From positions 1,600,001-1,664,000 of the forward strand of contig OZ243974.1 of assembly GCA_965214775.1 (NCBI GenBank): DNA of 64,000 nucleotides. Reading direction: 5' to 3'. The notes beneath the pieces are model-generated. The model did not search any database. It saw nothing but the letters and a program-made list of their open reading frames with translations, and had not been told where the DNA came from. The position numbers and the translations under genes were made by a program. Position 1 is the first letter of the stretch. Every line of letters begins with the position of its first letter. The stretch is from Nitrosopumilus sp. (GTDB lineage Archaea; Thermoproteota; Nitrososphaeria; Nitrososphaerales; Nitrosopumilaceae). Of this stretch, positions 1-10,870 are shown piece after piece.

Positions 1-233
1 ATTTTCATTTTCTTTGAGCTGGCCGGTGTCCCTTGTGCTGCTCTGACTTTTTGTACCCTTTTTGTTTGCAGTCTTGTCGGTACTCGTCATCGTTTTTTTG
101 GGACTCGTCATCCTGTTTTTCGGACTGTCCCCTCTGCTTTTGCACTGGTGTGTTTTTTTGAAGAAATTTTCTTTTTTGATTGTTTTTCTTTCTTTTTTTG
201 CCTTCTCATTCTCGGATTTGAGAACGAGTCAGA

Positions 234-308
234 TGGGCCCGATGAGATTCGAACTCATGACCTTTCGATTATCAGTCGAACGCTCCAGCCAAGCTGAGCT
301 ACGAGCCC
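234..308 (-). tRNA. tRNA-Ile(GAT)
   Basis: Reverse complement folds as a cloverleaf: GGGCTCG/CGGGCCC acceptor, anticodon loop CT-GAT-AA, TTCGAAT T-loop. Confidence 0.95.
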
Positions 309-341
309 ATGAATGGATCTCTAATCTGAGGTCATTTAAGT

Positions 342-896
342 TTAATTTTCTTTCCACTTGATAGAACAACCGATTGATGGGTCAAAGTCTTTTTCAATCT
401 TTTCACCGTCTAGCAATTTTTGCATATTGTTAATCATTGTCTTCTCTGTGGCTTTATCGTCTGGTTTCATGGCATTATCGATTCTACCGTGAAAAACTAG
501 TTGTTTTTGACTATTGAACAAAAACGGATCTGGGGTGCACGTGGCACCGTATTTTCTTGCAATCTCTTGGGTTTCATCAAAAAGATAATCAAATTCAAAT
601 CCCTTCTCTTTGGCAGTCTCCTTCATTGCATCAAAACTGTCTTCAGGATAGTTTGTCGAGTCATTGCTGTTGATTCCGACAACTGCAATCTCCTTTCCAA
701 ATTTTTCATACAACTCGTTTAACGCATCTACTTTTGCCTTCACATATGGACAGTGGTTGCACATGAAAATTACTAAAACGCCCCTATACCTTTCATAGTC
801 ACTGAGTGAGTGTTTTTTGTCATCAATTCCTAGCAATTCAAAGTCAGGTGCAATATCTCCGGCTTTTAGCTTGACTTGGGATTCTAAAAGTACCAT
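342..896 (-). CDS. Thioredoxin-fold/peroxiredoxin-like (AhpC/TSA, PRX-like) protein
   Basis: APDF, FMCNHCPYV, A-x-CTPDPF and C-terminal GCSIKWK motifs. Confidence 0.9.
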   Translation of the reverse strand: MVLLESQVKLKAGDIAPDFELLGIDDKKHSLSDYERYRGVLVIFMCNHCPYVKAKVDALNELYEKFGKEIAVVGINSNDSTNYPEDSFDAMKETAKEKGFEFDYLFDETQEIARKYGATCTPDPFLFNSQKQLVFHGRIDNAMKPDDKATEKTMINNMQKLLDGEKIEKDFDPSIGCSIKWKEN

Positions 897-976
897 AAAT
901 GGGCGCTCTTGGTTTCAAATAAAATCCTTGCCTCCAAGACAACAATTAAAATCCACACATAACCCAACATTGACAT

Positions 977-1050
977 GGGCCGGTAGTATAGCCTGGTAGT
1001 ATACCCGCCTTGCACGCGGGGGGTCACGGATTCAAATTCCGTCCGGTCCA
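977..1050 (+). tRNA. tRNA-Ala(TGC)
   Basis: Cloverleaf, G3:U70 pair, anticodon loop CT-TGC-AC, followed by CCA. Confidence 0.95.
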
Positions 1051-1134
1051 CCACACACCACTCTTGTGATGCGATCCCTTCTGATTTTCAGACTGCTGGA
1101 TGGATTTAAATAGGATAAGTTTCGGCTTTCTGTT

Positions 1135-1236
1135 ATGGCAAGCGTAGTAGATGGATGGCCTGTATGGATTCCACTCATTGTTGGTTTAGCACCAGGTTTA
1201 ATATACTGGTTGGCAATTACCGCCAAGAGAAACTAA
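1135..1236 (+). CDS. Small membrane protein (33 aa, MASVVDGWPVWIPLIVGLAPGLIYWLAITAKRN)
   Basis: Manual translation; hydrophobic helix with basic tail; TATA-like TTTAAATA about 25-30 nt upstream. Confidence 0.6.
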   Translation: MASVVDGWPVWIPLIVGLAPGLIYWLAITAKRN

Positions 1237-1368
1237 AAATTTGTATCATTTTTATTCTCTTTTTATTATGCTTTATTCCTAGTGCAAACTAGGTTAAACG
1301 TTGTTACCTTTTTTGTCCACAATATGAATTGTTATAGAAAATTAACATGTAATACACATAAAATTCAG

Positions 1369-2436
1369 ATGCAAAAAATTCTTCCACTGGTATTTTTAGC
1401 CGTTCTGCTGATTCCATCCTCCCAAGTCGATGCTCAAGAATATTCTGACACCCCGCCAACACTAGCTGTTTCATTACAAAATGAAACTCCCTTTGTCTAT
1501 CGGGATTCTGAAGGATATTCAGTTGTAGTGGGGATGGTCCAAAACAGCAATGAACTTGCTCCGGTTACAAATGTGCAGGTTCAAGTAAAATTCTATGATG
1601 ATCTAAACCCGCAACCCCTTGAGATTGTAACTGATAATGTCTCCCTTGAAGTCATTCCTGCAAAAGGGGTTTCCCCGTATTCAATTCGTTCAGAATCTGC
1701 CAATCCACATATTACTCAAGCATCGGTTTCTTTGATAGGCTTTGACTCTTCTAATCCTAAAGAAAACGCGCTTGTTGTCTATTCTGACAATGTATCTATG
1801 GATACTGAACTCCACTTTACTGGAACCCTGGAAAATGGGGCCGCTCCAATCTCTGAGACAAATGTGTATTTGGCAGTACATGACGCATTTGTTCCTCCAA
1901 GAATTCTAAGTGTTGAAACGGTGGAAATTGGGCAAGTGGCATCAAATGATAAAATAACCTTTGAATTCAATGGAAAGATTGATGCCCGAGCTGTAGGCTT
2001 TTTTATGGTTGCCGAATCAAATATTTTCTATTCTGATGTTGTGGAGGTGGCAATTCCGCCGCCAGAGATTGCAACCAAAATGGCAACAATTTCCAAAGTT
2101 TCAATTCAAGACAATCAGGGAAATAAACTCTCTGAACTCCAAGCAGGAACTCCGGTAAACATCAAAAGTGAAACTATGATTCAGTTTGTGGCAGACAAGA
2201 AAACAAATGAAACTGCTTACACCTACTATGTTCAAATTAAGGAATCCGGGGAGAAACCCACCGTTGAATACATTGGACAATACGATGGACGATTTGTTGG
2301 TTCGGGACTTGATTCTCAGACAATAGGCTGGGTTCCCCAAAAACCCGGACTGTATTTTATGGAAACCTTTGTCTGGGATAAAAGCAACATTCCAATTTCT
2401 GAGCCGGGCCCCGTAGTTCTCTTTTTGGTAAAATAA
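1369..2436 (+). CDS. Secreted hypothetical protein (thaumarchaeal type, Ig-like beta-rich)
   Basis: Long ORF; signal peptide MQKILPLVFLAVLL begins at 1369. Confidence 0.75.
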   Translation: MQKILPLVFLAVLLIPSSQVDAQEYSDTPPTLAVSLQNETPFVYRDSEGYSVVVGMVQNSNELAPVTNVQVQVKFYDDLNPQPLEIVTDNVSLEVIPAKGVSPYSIRSESANPHITQASVSLIGFDSSNPKENALVVYSDNVSMDTELHFTGTLENGAAPISETNVYLAVHDAFVPPRILSVETVEIGQVASNDKITFEFNGKIDARAVGFFMVAESNIFYSDVVEVAIPPPEIATKMATISKVSIQDNQGNKLSELQAGTPVNIKSETMIQFVADKKTNETAYTYYVQIKESGEKPTVEYIGQYDGRFVGSGLDSQTIGWVPQKPGLYFMETFVWDKSNIPISEPGPVVLFLVK

Positions 2437-2469
2437 TAGGTTTATTTTCACATTTGTCATAGTATCCCC

Positions 2470-2934
2470 ATGTCTGATTTCTCTCTAGTTGCAACGGGCG
2501 GTACGTTTGATATTATTCACAGGGGTCATCTGACATTGCTTGCAAGTGCATTTTCAAGATCTGACAAAGTTATCATCGGTCTGGCAAGTGACGAATTGGC
2601 CAAAAGAAGAGGAAAATCTCCTCGCAACAACTATCAGACAAGGCTGGCACATCTTCTTGAAGCCCTTTTTCAAGAATTTCCAAAATCGGATTTTCAGATT
2701 AGCCAGTTAGACGATGATTTTGGCCCTGCAGTATTAGAAAAGGAGGTTGAGGCATTAGTTGTTAGTTCAGAGACCCGCAGTCAGGGCCAAAAACTAAATG
2801 AATTGCGAGCAGAAAGGGATCTCCCTCCGGTGGAAATCATTGTTGTTCCGATGCATCTGGCTCAAGACGGGACACGAATTTCAACAACCAGGCTGAAAAA
2901 CTCAGAAATTGACAGGGAAGGAAACTTGTTGTGA
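2470..2934 (+). CDS. coaD: Phosphopantetheine adenylyltransferase (archaeal type)
   Basis: GGTFDIIHRGH (HxGH), LVVS-x-ET and ISTT motifs. Confidence 0.9.
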   Translation: MSDFSLVATGGTFDIIHRGHLTLLASAFSRSDKVIIGLASDELAKRRGKSPRNNYQTRLAHLLEALFQEFPKSDFQISQLDDDFGPAVLEKEVEALVVSSETRSQGQKLNELRAERDLPPVEIIVVPMHLAQDGTRISTTRLKNSEIDREGNLL

Positions 2935-2998
2935 ATTGACAAGAAGCTTGTCTAACTTTGAGTAACTGCCATAAAACAGAACTACGGGATCTGGGTTC

Positions 2999-3328
2999 AT
3001 GGCAATCATCAGTCATATGATGAGGCAAATTGATAATGACGTTTCAAATCTAAAGCAGGGATTGCAGCCTGAGAGTCTCTCGTTTTGGTATGAAAAAATT
3101 ATCCGGGAAACAGTTGAGATGGCACCCCCGTGGCTTCAAGATAAAATCAAAGTCCGCCAGGATCCCGTTCTTACAATGAAGTTCAATCTGGATATCTCAA
3201 AACGTGCTGTCAGATATTTCATGATTGCAGTCGATGACAATATCGATCAAATGCCATATTCGACAAAACTGTATTTTCTCAAAGTTCAAGAGGTAATGTC
3301 CACTGAAATGGACAAGTCCCTTGTCTGA
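2999..3328 (+). CDS. Conserved hypothetical protein
   Basis: Clean 109-aa ORF with protein-like composition. Confidence 0.75.
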   Translation: MAIISHMMRQIDNDVSNLKQGLQPESLSFWYEKIIRETVEMAPPWLQDKIKVRQDPVLTMKFNLDISKRAVRYFMIAVDDNIDQMPYSTKLYFLKVQEVMSTEMDKSLV

Positions 3329-3392
3329 TTTTTTCTAGGCACAATCCAAGGCTCAAGGATCATATGTCCATTAAATCCAAACTTGGCATACA

Positions 3393-4200
<808 letters not shown>

Positions 4201-4271
4201 CAATAACAATCTTTGAAATCAGTATTGAGAATTTATTAACACTTTAATTGTAATGATTTGTAGGATACATC

Positions 4272-4358
4272 ATGGCTGGAGACTTTAAGGCATTAGGCCT
4301 GTCTTTGATTGCTATGGTTGGCACTGTAGCCCTTTACACCGCATTTGCGCCTCCTTAG
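4272..4358 (+). CDS. Small membrane peptide (28 aa, MAGDFKALGLSLIAMVGTVALYTAFAPP)
   Basis: Manual translation; single hydrophobic helix; TATA-like sequence upstream. Confidence 0.45.
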   Translation: MAGDFKALGLSLIAMVGTVALYTAFAPP

Positions 4359-4645
4359 ATCATCTTTTCTTTTTGGATATCCACACTCTCTTCAATGACT
4401 TTCGTTGAAACCAGCTTGTCCTCCTTGTCAATCACTGACTGTATAAAATCTGCAAAATTCTCTGCATTCTGTTCATTGTAAAGAAGTATGCTGTGTGCAG
4501 ACTTGTCCTTTAACGAGATCACCAGCTCATTTTTAACTACGTTTAGGATCGACGTGATAAATGTCTCCTTTCCGTCTTTGATGAAAATCAGACTTGCAAG
4601 TTTTTGAGCTTCGTGTTTGTCATCACACCTTATGTTGACCTTCAT
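4355..4645 (-). CDS. Hypothetical protein, co-transcribed with trpS
   Basis: ATGA overlap with the trpS stop codon. Confidence 0.75.
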   Translation of the reverse strand: MKVNIRCDDKHEAQKLASLIFIKDGKETFITSILNVVKNELVISLKDKSAHSILLYNEQNAENFADFIQSVIDKEDKLVSTKVIEESVDIQKEKMI

Positions 4646-5754
4646 CTGTCCTCAAATAGAAATTCGTCAATCCTGTCTTTGACCTTTTCCCTGTTCTCTT
4701 GGTGTACGGCAAGAAAATTATTCATCTTCTCTATCAGGATTGCCTTTAGTTCCCCAGAAAGCAATTCTCCGGATTTGTAACTGTCATAGATCGTTTTGAG
4801 TTTGCCGTCATCAGGCTCAAAAAATATTCTGAGATATTGAAACGACACATCAATATCGGGATTGCCTCCCAGTCTTCTATGTTCTTTAAGATCCGGCTGA
4901 CCTCCTGAAAACGCGTATTTGTTGATCTTCCTTTTTACCGCATCTGGGTCATCAGTAGTGTATACTGTTCCATTTTCATCTGATGCTGACATCTTGCCTC
5001 CGGGACCTTCCAAGGCTGGAATCATTATGTTGTGAATTAATGCCGGTTTCTGTTTTCCGATTTTTGGGGCGACATCTCTTGTTAATCTAAAATGGGGATC
5101 CTGGTCTACCCCCAGTGGAATCAGAACCGGCTTGTCTTCAATAAAGCAGGGCGCTGATTGCAACGAAGTATAAAATATCATGCCAAGGTTGGTTTCGTTT
5201 GTAAACCCAAACGTAGCTTTTGTGTTTGAAAAATTAATCTTCTTTGCAACTTGGGCTGCTATGGGATACAGGGTTTGAATGTTTCTGGTGTTGATTATGA
5301 TCTTGGTTTTTCTAGGATCAAACCCTAAAGCGATAAAATCCAAGGCGTTCTCAAGGGCAAGTTTTTTTGTGTCCTCCAAAGTGAGATTCTGTTTTGAAAA
5401 GAATTTTTCGTCATCTGTTAGTTGAAAATACATATTCACATCAAATTTTTCTTGCAGCCATTTTGCAAACACCCATGGAACCAGGTGTCCGATGTGGGTA
5501 TGTCCTGATGGCCCCCTGCCAGTATATAGGAAGAACTTGTTTCCTTTCTCATATTCGTCTAGGATTCTGTCCATCTCTCTGTGTGAGAAGAAGACTCCGC
5601 GTCTGAGCATAAAATGATCCTCTGCTGTGATCTTTGTAATTCTGGCCAGTAACTCTGCTGAAATCTTTTCTGTACCGAATCTCTTGGTTAATCTTTCATA
5701 ATCAATCTCGCCCTCAACATGCCAAGGTGTTACAACAAAGTCATCAACTGACAT
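4642..5754 (-). CDS. trpS: Tryptophan--tRNA ligase
   Basis: YTGRGPS-HIGH, DQDPHFRLTRD and KMSAS motifs. Confidence 0.97.
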   Translation of the reverse strand: MSVDDFVVTPWHVEGEIDYERLTKRFGTEKISAELLARITKITAEDHFMLRRGVFFSHREMDRILDEYEKGNKFFLYTGRGPSGHTHIGHLVPWVFAKWLQEKFDVNMYFQLTDDEKFFSKQNLTLEDTKKLALENALDFIALGFDPRKTKIIINTRNIQTLYPIAAQVAKKINFSNTKATFGFTNETNLGMIFYTSLQSAPCFIEDKPVLIPLGVDQDPHFRLTRDVAPKIGKQKPALIHNIMIPALEGPGGKMSASDENGTVYTTDDPDAVKRKINKYAFSGGQPDLKEHRRLGGNPDIDVSFQYLRIFFEPDDGKLKTIYDSYKSGELLSGELKAILIEKMNNFLAVHQENREKVKDRIDEFLFEDR

Positions 5755-5805
5755 TCAATTTGACTTGGGTTAAGGTTTAAAAAGTCTTTTTCGAACTTTC
5801 TGCTG

Positions 5806-7200
5806 TTGTCGCAAGTTTTTCACGATATCGAAAAAAAAATTATTTCATCACTAAGAGCGAACTCCAAGCAATCTTCGGAATCCCTGGAAAAATCAACTGA
5901 TCTGTCTCCTGATCAGATCAGGCGAGGAATTGAATGGCTGAAATTCAAGGATTTGGTCACTGTAAATGAATCAAGAGTCAGTCTTGTAGGTTTGGGGAAA
6001 AACGGCCTTGAATCAATTGAAAAGGGACTCCCTGAAAGACAACTGCTTGATTCGTTAAAAGGTGGACCAAGGAAGCTGTCTGATTTGCAAAGACAACTCG
6101 GTCCCGTGTTTGGTCCTGCGATGGGTTTTGCCAGAAAGAACAACTGGGTAAAAGCTGATTCTGATTCGGTTTCTCTGATCTGCGCGCCTGCAGAAATTCC
6201 CGGCGAAAAAACCATCCGGCAAATTGGAAAGGAAAAGATTCCTAGAGAAAAGGCTGATCCATCTGATCTCCTTGCTCTTTTGAGGCGACCCGATTTCATA
6301 ACAGAAGACATTGTAAAGACAAAAGAGATCTCCCTGTCTGATTCTGCAAAGTCTCTGGAAATATCTGACTCGTCTGCCGGAGCAATTGATGTGGAGGCCA
6401 AAGTGCCCCAAGTTTTTGTTGCAAGAACCCATCCGTTAAAGAACACGATGGATGAGATCCGTGAAATCTTTGTCACCCTGGGTTTTTCTGAAATCGTTGG
6501 AAGCATGGCTCAGTCCAGTTTCTGGAATTTTGATGCGCTGTTTACCCCGCAGGATCATCCGGCAAGGGAGCTTCAAGACACGTTTTACCTGGATGGAATT
6601 TCGGCAAAAAAGATCGCTACGCCTGAACAGATAAGAAAAGTTTCGGATTCGCACAAGAAAAACTGGAGATACCGGTGGGATGTCAACGAAGCGCAAAAAA
6701 TGGTTTTGAGAACCCATACCACCTGTGTTACCATAAGGCACTTGGCCCAAACAAGGCCTGACGAGTCCAGGGTGTTTTCGTTGGGCCGCGTATTTAGAAA
6801 TGAAAAAGTCAGCTACAAGCATCTTGCTGAATTCAACCAGGTTGAGGGGGTCGTTGTCGGCAAAAATGCAACGCTGCGTGATTTGATGGGAATCCAAAAA
6901 GAGTTCTACAAAAGAATCGGCATTACAAAAGTAAAATTCTGGCCGACATTTTTCCCATACACTGAGCCTTCTTTGCAGACTATGGTTTACAATGACAGGC
7001 TGGGAAAATGGGTCGAACTGTTTGGAATGGGAATTTTCAGGCCCGAGGTTACAAAACCGCTTGGAATCACAAAACCGGTCTTGGCCTGGGGCGGGGGAAT
7101 CGAAAGGATTGCAATGCTAAGGTATGGATTAGATGACGTAAGGGAATTTTACGGCAACGACCTTGATTGGCTAAGGAGTGCGTCAAAAAAATGCCAGTAG
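5806..7200 (+). CDS. pheS: Phenylalanine--tRNA ligase alpha subunit
   Basis: WNFDALF-PQDHPAR, LRTHTT and FFPYTEPS motifs. Confidence 0.97.
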   Translation: MSQVFHDIEKKIISSLRANSKQSSESLEKSTDLSPDQIRRGIEWLKFKDLVTVNESRVSLVGLGKNGLESIEKGLPERQLLDSLKGGPRKLSDLQRQLGPVFGPAMGFARKNNWVKADSDSVSLICAPAEIPGEKTIRQIGKEKIPREKADPSDLLALLRRPDFITEDIVKTKEISLSDSAKSLEISDSSAGAIDVEAKVPQVFVARTHPLKNTMDEIREIFVTLGFSEIVGSMAQSSFWNFDALFTPQDHPARELQDTFYLDGISAKKIATPEQIRKVSDSHKKNWRYRWDVNEAQKMVLRTHTTCVTIRHLAQTRPDESRVFSLGRVFRNEKVSYKHLAEFNQVEGVVVGKNATLRDLMGIQKEFYKRIGITKVKFWPTFFPYTEPSLQTMVYNDRLGKWVELFGMGIFRPEVTKPLGITKPVLAWGGGIERIAMLRYGLDDVREFYGNDLDWLRSASKKCQ

Positions 7201-8837
7201 CCGAACTGTCTTATTCCCGCCTCCAAAAGCTAATTGGCAAGTCCTCAAAGAAGCAAATTTCTGACTCCCTGCCGTTTCTTGGCCTGGACATCGAGTCTGA
7301 AGACAGGGATCTAGTCAGAGTTGAATACAGTCCGAACAGGCCTGATTACTCTACTGATTTTGGAATTGCATTGGGAATGCAGGGATTGCTTGGAATCAAG
7401 ACAGGAGCAGTCAAGTTGAAAATCAAAAAATCAAAACAACATCATATTTGTGTAAAATCCGACGTGGCAAAGGTCAGGCCTTTTGTGACTGGAATCGTGG
7501 CCAAGAATGGAAGGATTGATGATAAGGCTATCAGGCAGCTCATGGCCATGCAAGAAGACCTTCATCTTGGAATCGGGAGAAGACGAAAGAAATCCTCAAT
7601 CGGAATCCATGACTTGGACAAGATATCGTTTCCGCTGACGTACTGTACGACTAGCAGAGATCACAGATTCACTCCGTTAAATTCTCAAGAAGATCTTTCA
7701 ATCTCTCAAATTCTAGAGTCAACTGATGTTGGAAGAGACTATGGACACATCCTGGGAAATTCACCAAGGATGCCAATAATTACGGATTCCAGAAATGAGA
7801 CCGTCTCATTTCCCCCGATAATCAATGCGGCAGTCACGACTGTAAGCCCAAAGACCAAAAATCTCTTCGTTGAGGTTACTGGAACCGGCAAGGCTGATGC
7901 AGAAGACGTGCTTTCCGTGGTTGCAACAATCTTGCAGAGTGCGGGATTTGCGTTAGAAGAGGTAAAAATTTCCGGCTCAAATAACTCTACTCCCAAACTT
8001 GAACCGAAAAAAATGTCTGTCAGTCCGACTTTGGTCAACCAAATTCTAGGGTTGAACTTGAACCCGTCAAAAATTGTCTCGTGTCTGAAAAAATCCAGAT
8101 TGGATGCCTCCCTCAGGGGCAGAGACATCCTGTGTGTTATTCCGCCATACAGATTTGATATATTTGGTCCGATGGATCTTGTTGAAGAAGTTGCTTTGGG
8201 ATACGGGGTTCAAAATCTTGAACCCGTCTTGTCACCATCACAAACAATCGGCCAGACAAACCCGGTTTCCCAAAATCTCAGGTCTCTCAGCCAGGTGATG
8301 ATTGGTCTGGGTTATATTGAGGCGCTCAATTCAAGCCTGACAAGCAGTCGGGTCTTGTACGAGATGACAAACAGAAAGCCATCTGAAATCATTTCTGTAC
8401 GTGATTCAAAGAGTCTGGGGCATACCGTTTTACGAGACTCGATTCTGCCAGGACTGCTGGAGAATTTATCTAGAAATATTCACGAGCCATACCCCCAAAA
8501 AATGTTTGAGACAGGTTCTGTTTTTTCAGAGGGGGATCCGATTGATGAAAAAACAAGCTTTGCGGGAATCAGCGCTCATCAGGATGCAAGTTTCACCGAA
8601 ATAAAGTCCGTGTTGCAGTCTGCACTGAAGACAGGATTTGGACTCGAAATTCAAACAAAGACGGCATCCCATCGAGCTTTTGAGGACGGGCGATGCGCAA
8701 GCGTCCTTCTCAATAACAAGGCAATCGGAATCATTGGAGAAATCAACCCTCAAATAATTGAAAATTATAGGATTCGCGTACCTGCTGTGGTGGGATTTGA
8801 AATTTCCTTATCTGATTCCGTTTTGAAAACGACTTAG
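7191..8837 (+). CDS. pheT: Phenylalanine--tRNA ligase beta subunit
   Basis: PNRPD, SFPPIIN, PPYRFDI-DLVEEVA motifs; overlaps pheS. Confidence 0.96.
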   Translation: MPVAELSYSRLQKLIGKSSKKQISDSLPFLGLDIESEDRDLVRVEYSPNRPDYSTDFGIALGMQGLLGIKTGAVKLKIKKSKQHHICVKSDVAKVRPFVTGIVAKNGRIDDKAIRQLMAMQEDLHLGIGRRRKKSSIGIHDLDKISFPLTYCTTSRDHRFTPLNSQEDLSISQILESTDVGRDYGHILGNSPRMPIITDSRNETVSFPPIINAAVTTVSPKTKNLFVEVTGTGKADAEDVLSVVATILQSAGFALEEVKISGSNNSTPKLEPKKMSVSPTLVNQILGLNLNPSKIVSCLKKSRLDASLRGRDILCVIPPYRFDIFGPMDLVEEVALGYGVQNLEPVLSPSQTIGQTNPVSQNLRSLSQVMIGLGYIEALNSSLTSSRVLYEMTNRKPSEIISVRDSKSLGHTVLRDSILPGLLENLSRNIHEPYPQKMFETGSVFSEGDPIDEKTSFAGISAHQDASFTEIKSVLQSALKTGFGLEIQTKTASHRAFEDGRCASVLLNNKAIGIIGEINPQIIENYRIRVPAVVGFEISLSDSVLKTT

Positions 8838-9071
8838 AAAAGCCATTCCAATCATCCCGATTCCGCCTGAAAGGACAATAATGCCGATTGTAAACTCAAC
8901 GACCAGTCTCTGATAAATCGACTTGTCCTTGACATCTAGCATGTGGTACGATTCCTCGTCTGGGAGGCTTTCAAAGAACTGAATCTGCGGATAATCAAAA
9001 ACCACAACCAGGCCTCCAACGATCAGCAGGGTTATTCCGACAAAAAACAGCGTGATGTTTTTTATCTCCAT
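8808..9071 (-). CDS. Small two-TM membrane protein
   Basis: Two hydrophobic helices. Confidence 0.7.
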   Translation of the reverse strand: MEIKNITLFFVGITLLIVGGLVVVFDYPQIQFFESLPDEESYHMLDVKDKSIYQRLVVEFTIGIIVLSGGIGMIGMAFLSRFQNGIR

Positions 9072-9361
9072 TTTCTGGTTTCTATGTTTGCCGGAGATTT
9101 AATTTTTATTTCTAAACGTGCTTGATCTTCCTCTAAATGGTTTTTAGTAAGAATAATTCCAATATTAAGCGCCCAAGAGCAGCCACGCAGACGGATTGGG
9201 ATGACGTTGATCGTAACGATGCCAATGATTTCTGATTCACCCAGGCGTGGTACACATGGGCAACCAACCCCGGTCAGAAAACCCAAAGGAGGCTTTGGCT
9301 AAATTCCAATGATCTTGTGCGAGTCAGAGCCGGGGGACATTTATATTTGCATTTGCATTTG

Positions 9362-9481
9362 CAGTCTTCCCAGAAGTACCACGTCAAATTATCCCGGGCT
9401 CGAAATAATTCAAACGGGCTGCCTGCATACCCGCTTGCCACCTCCTGAACCGCCACGAGTTGGTTACTTCTGGGAAGACTG
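9362..9481. mobile_element. MITE family A, copy 1
   Basis: 17-bp TIR CAGTCTTCCCAGAAGTA...TACTTCTGGGAAGACTG; ATTTG flanking duplication. Confidence 0.8.
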
Positions 9482-9546
9482 ATTTGCATTTGCATTTGCA
9501 TTTACAACATCAAAACCCATAAAGCACCAAATTTTCAAGTGGATTC

Positions 9547-9972
9547 ATGGCAAACTATTGGTTGGCAAAACAGGAACCGGGAGGTCCAAGAGGATATAAT
9601 TTTGAGCAGCTAAAAAAAGAAAAGAAGACTGTTTGGGACGGGGTCCACAACAACCTGGCACTAAAGCATATGAGGGAGATGAAACCCAAGGATCTTGTAA
9701 TTTTCTATCATACTGGCGATGAGCGTCAGGCCGTTGGGATTATGGAGGTGACCTCAAAGCCATATCCAAACCCCAAAGAAGGCAATGAGCGCTTTGTTGT
9801 CGTGGATGTAAGATACAAGAAATCTTTCAGGCGTCCAGTAACTTTGGATGAGATGAAAAGAGAGAAAAAGTTCAAAGACTGGGAATTGATTCGAATATCT
9901 AGGCTGTCTGTAATGCCGGTCCCAAAAACCATCTGGGATGCCATTTTAAAGATGTCTCAAAGTCAGGGATAA
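9547..9972 (+). CDS. EVE domain protein
   Basis: YWLAKQEP, WDGVHN, FYHT and RLSVMPV motifs. Confidence 0.92.
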   Translation: MANYWLAKQEPGGPRGYNFEQLKKEKKTVWDGVHNNLALKHMREMKPKDLVIFYHTGDERQAVGIMEVTSKPYPNPKEGNERFVVVDVRYKKSFRRPVTLDEMKREKKFKDWELIRISRLSVMPVPKTIWDAILKMSQSQG

Positions 9973-10009
9973 TCGGTTTGTTGATATAGTCGGTTTTTGT
10001 AATATTGGC

Positions 10010-10249
10010 ATGGCAACAGCTTATGTTTTAATAAACTGTGAACTTGGTTCTGAAGAAGCAATTATTCAGCAACTAAAGGGCTTGGAAGGTGTCAAGGAGG
10101 TTCATGGAACTTTTGGCGCATACGATATCTTGGCCAAGATTGAATCTGAAACTGTGGAAAAACTTAGGGAGACAATTACTTGGAAAATCAGAAAAATTGA
10201 AAAGATCCGCTCAACACTTACCTTGATGGGCATTGAAGGCCAGACATAA
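10010..10249 (+). CDS. Lrp/AsnC ligand-binding (RAM) domain protein
   Basis: AYVLINCELG...GTFGAYDILAKI. Confidence 0.9.
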   Translation: MATAYVLINCELGSEEAIIQQLKGLEGVKEVHGTFGAYDILAKIESETVEKLRETITWKIRKIEKIRSTLTLMGIEGQT

Positions 10250-10274
10250 ACAACACATACCCTTTTTTCTTATC

Positions 10275-10865
10275 ATGATTCTGCACTTTATTTTTGTCAT
10301 TAAAGAAGACGAGGATCGCCAAAAACGGCAATCCGAGTTTGAATATGTCAAGAAAATGGCGCAGTTTTACAAGCACTGGATAAAAGAAAAGTTTGGAAGG
10401 GACTATGAGGTTCGGTGTGACGAGCTGGTCACAGGGACAAGAGGCATTCTGCAAAGGCTTGACACTCACACACTAGTCCGTGATCATGAGCAGCGCGGAA
10501 AAGACACCCATCATTTCTATCTCACCTATTTCCGACCTCTCTGGACAGATTCTCTGTGTGATGGTTATCATGCAGAAAACTTTGGAATGATTTTTTGGAA
10601 AAAACCAAAGGAATCCGGCGATGATAATAATGATGACGTCTTGTTTCTTGCAGAAAAAAACTGCACGACAGTCTCTTACGAGTTACTTCATGAGTTAATG
10701 AGACAGTCTGGAAGGAAAAGATACGTTCAAGAAATACGCGATGTCTGGACCAAGCATTTCTATGAGCAGTTGGAATTTGAACAGTATGGCCAAGACTTTG
10801 AGATTACCGACGGAAAGCCCATGTTCCTGACAATGAATACCTCGCAGTTGAATCTGGAAAAATAA
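10275..10865 (+). CDS. Conserved hypothetical protein (possible metal-binding, ELLHE)
   Basis: Long ORF directly after the Lrp gene. Confidence 0.7.
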   Translation: MILHFIFVIKEDEDRQKRQSEFEYVKKMAQFYKHWIKEKFGRDYEVRCDELVTGTRGILQRLDTHTLVRDHEQRGKDTHHFYLTYFRPLWTDSLCDGYHAENFGMIFWKKPKESGDDNNDDVLFLAEKNCTTVSYELLHELMRQSGRKRYVQEIRDVWTKHFYEQLEFEQYGQDFEITDGKPMFLTMNTSQLNLEK

Positions 10866-10870
10866 TACCT

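Noticed and set aside
62-361. 99-aa hydrophobic ORF
   Set aside because: Overlaps tRNA-Ile and is T-rich low-complexity sequence.
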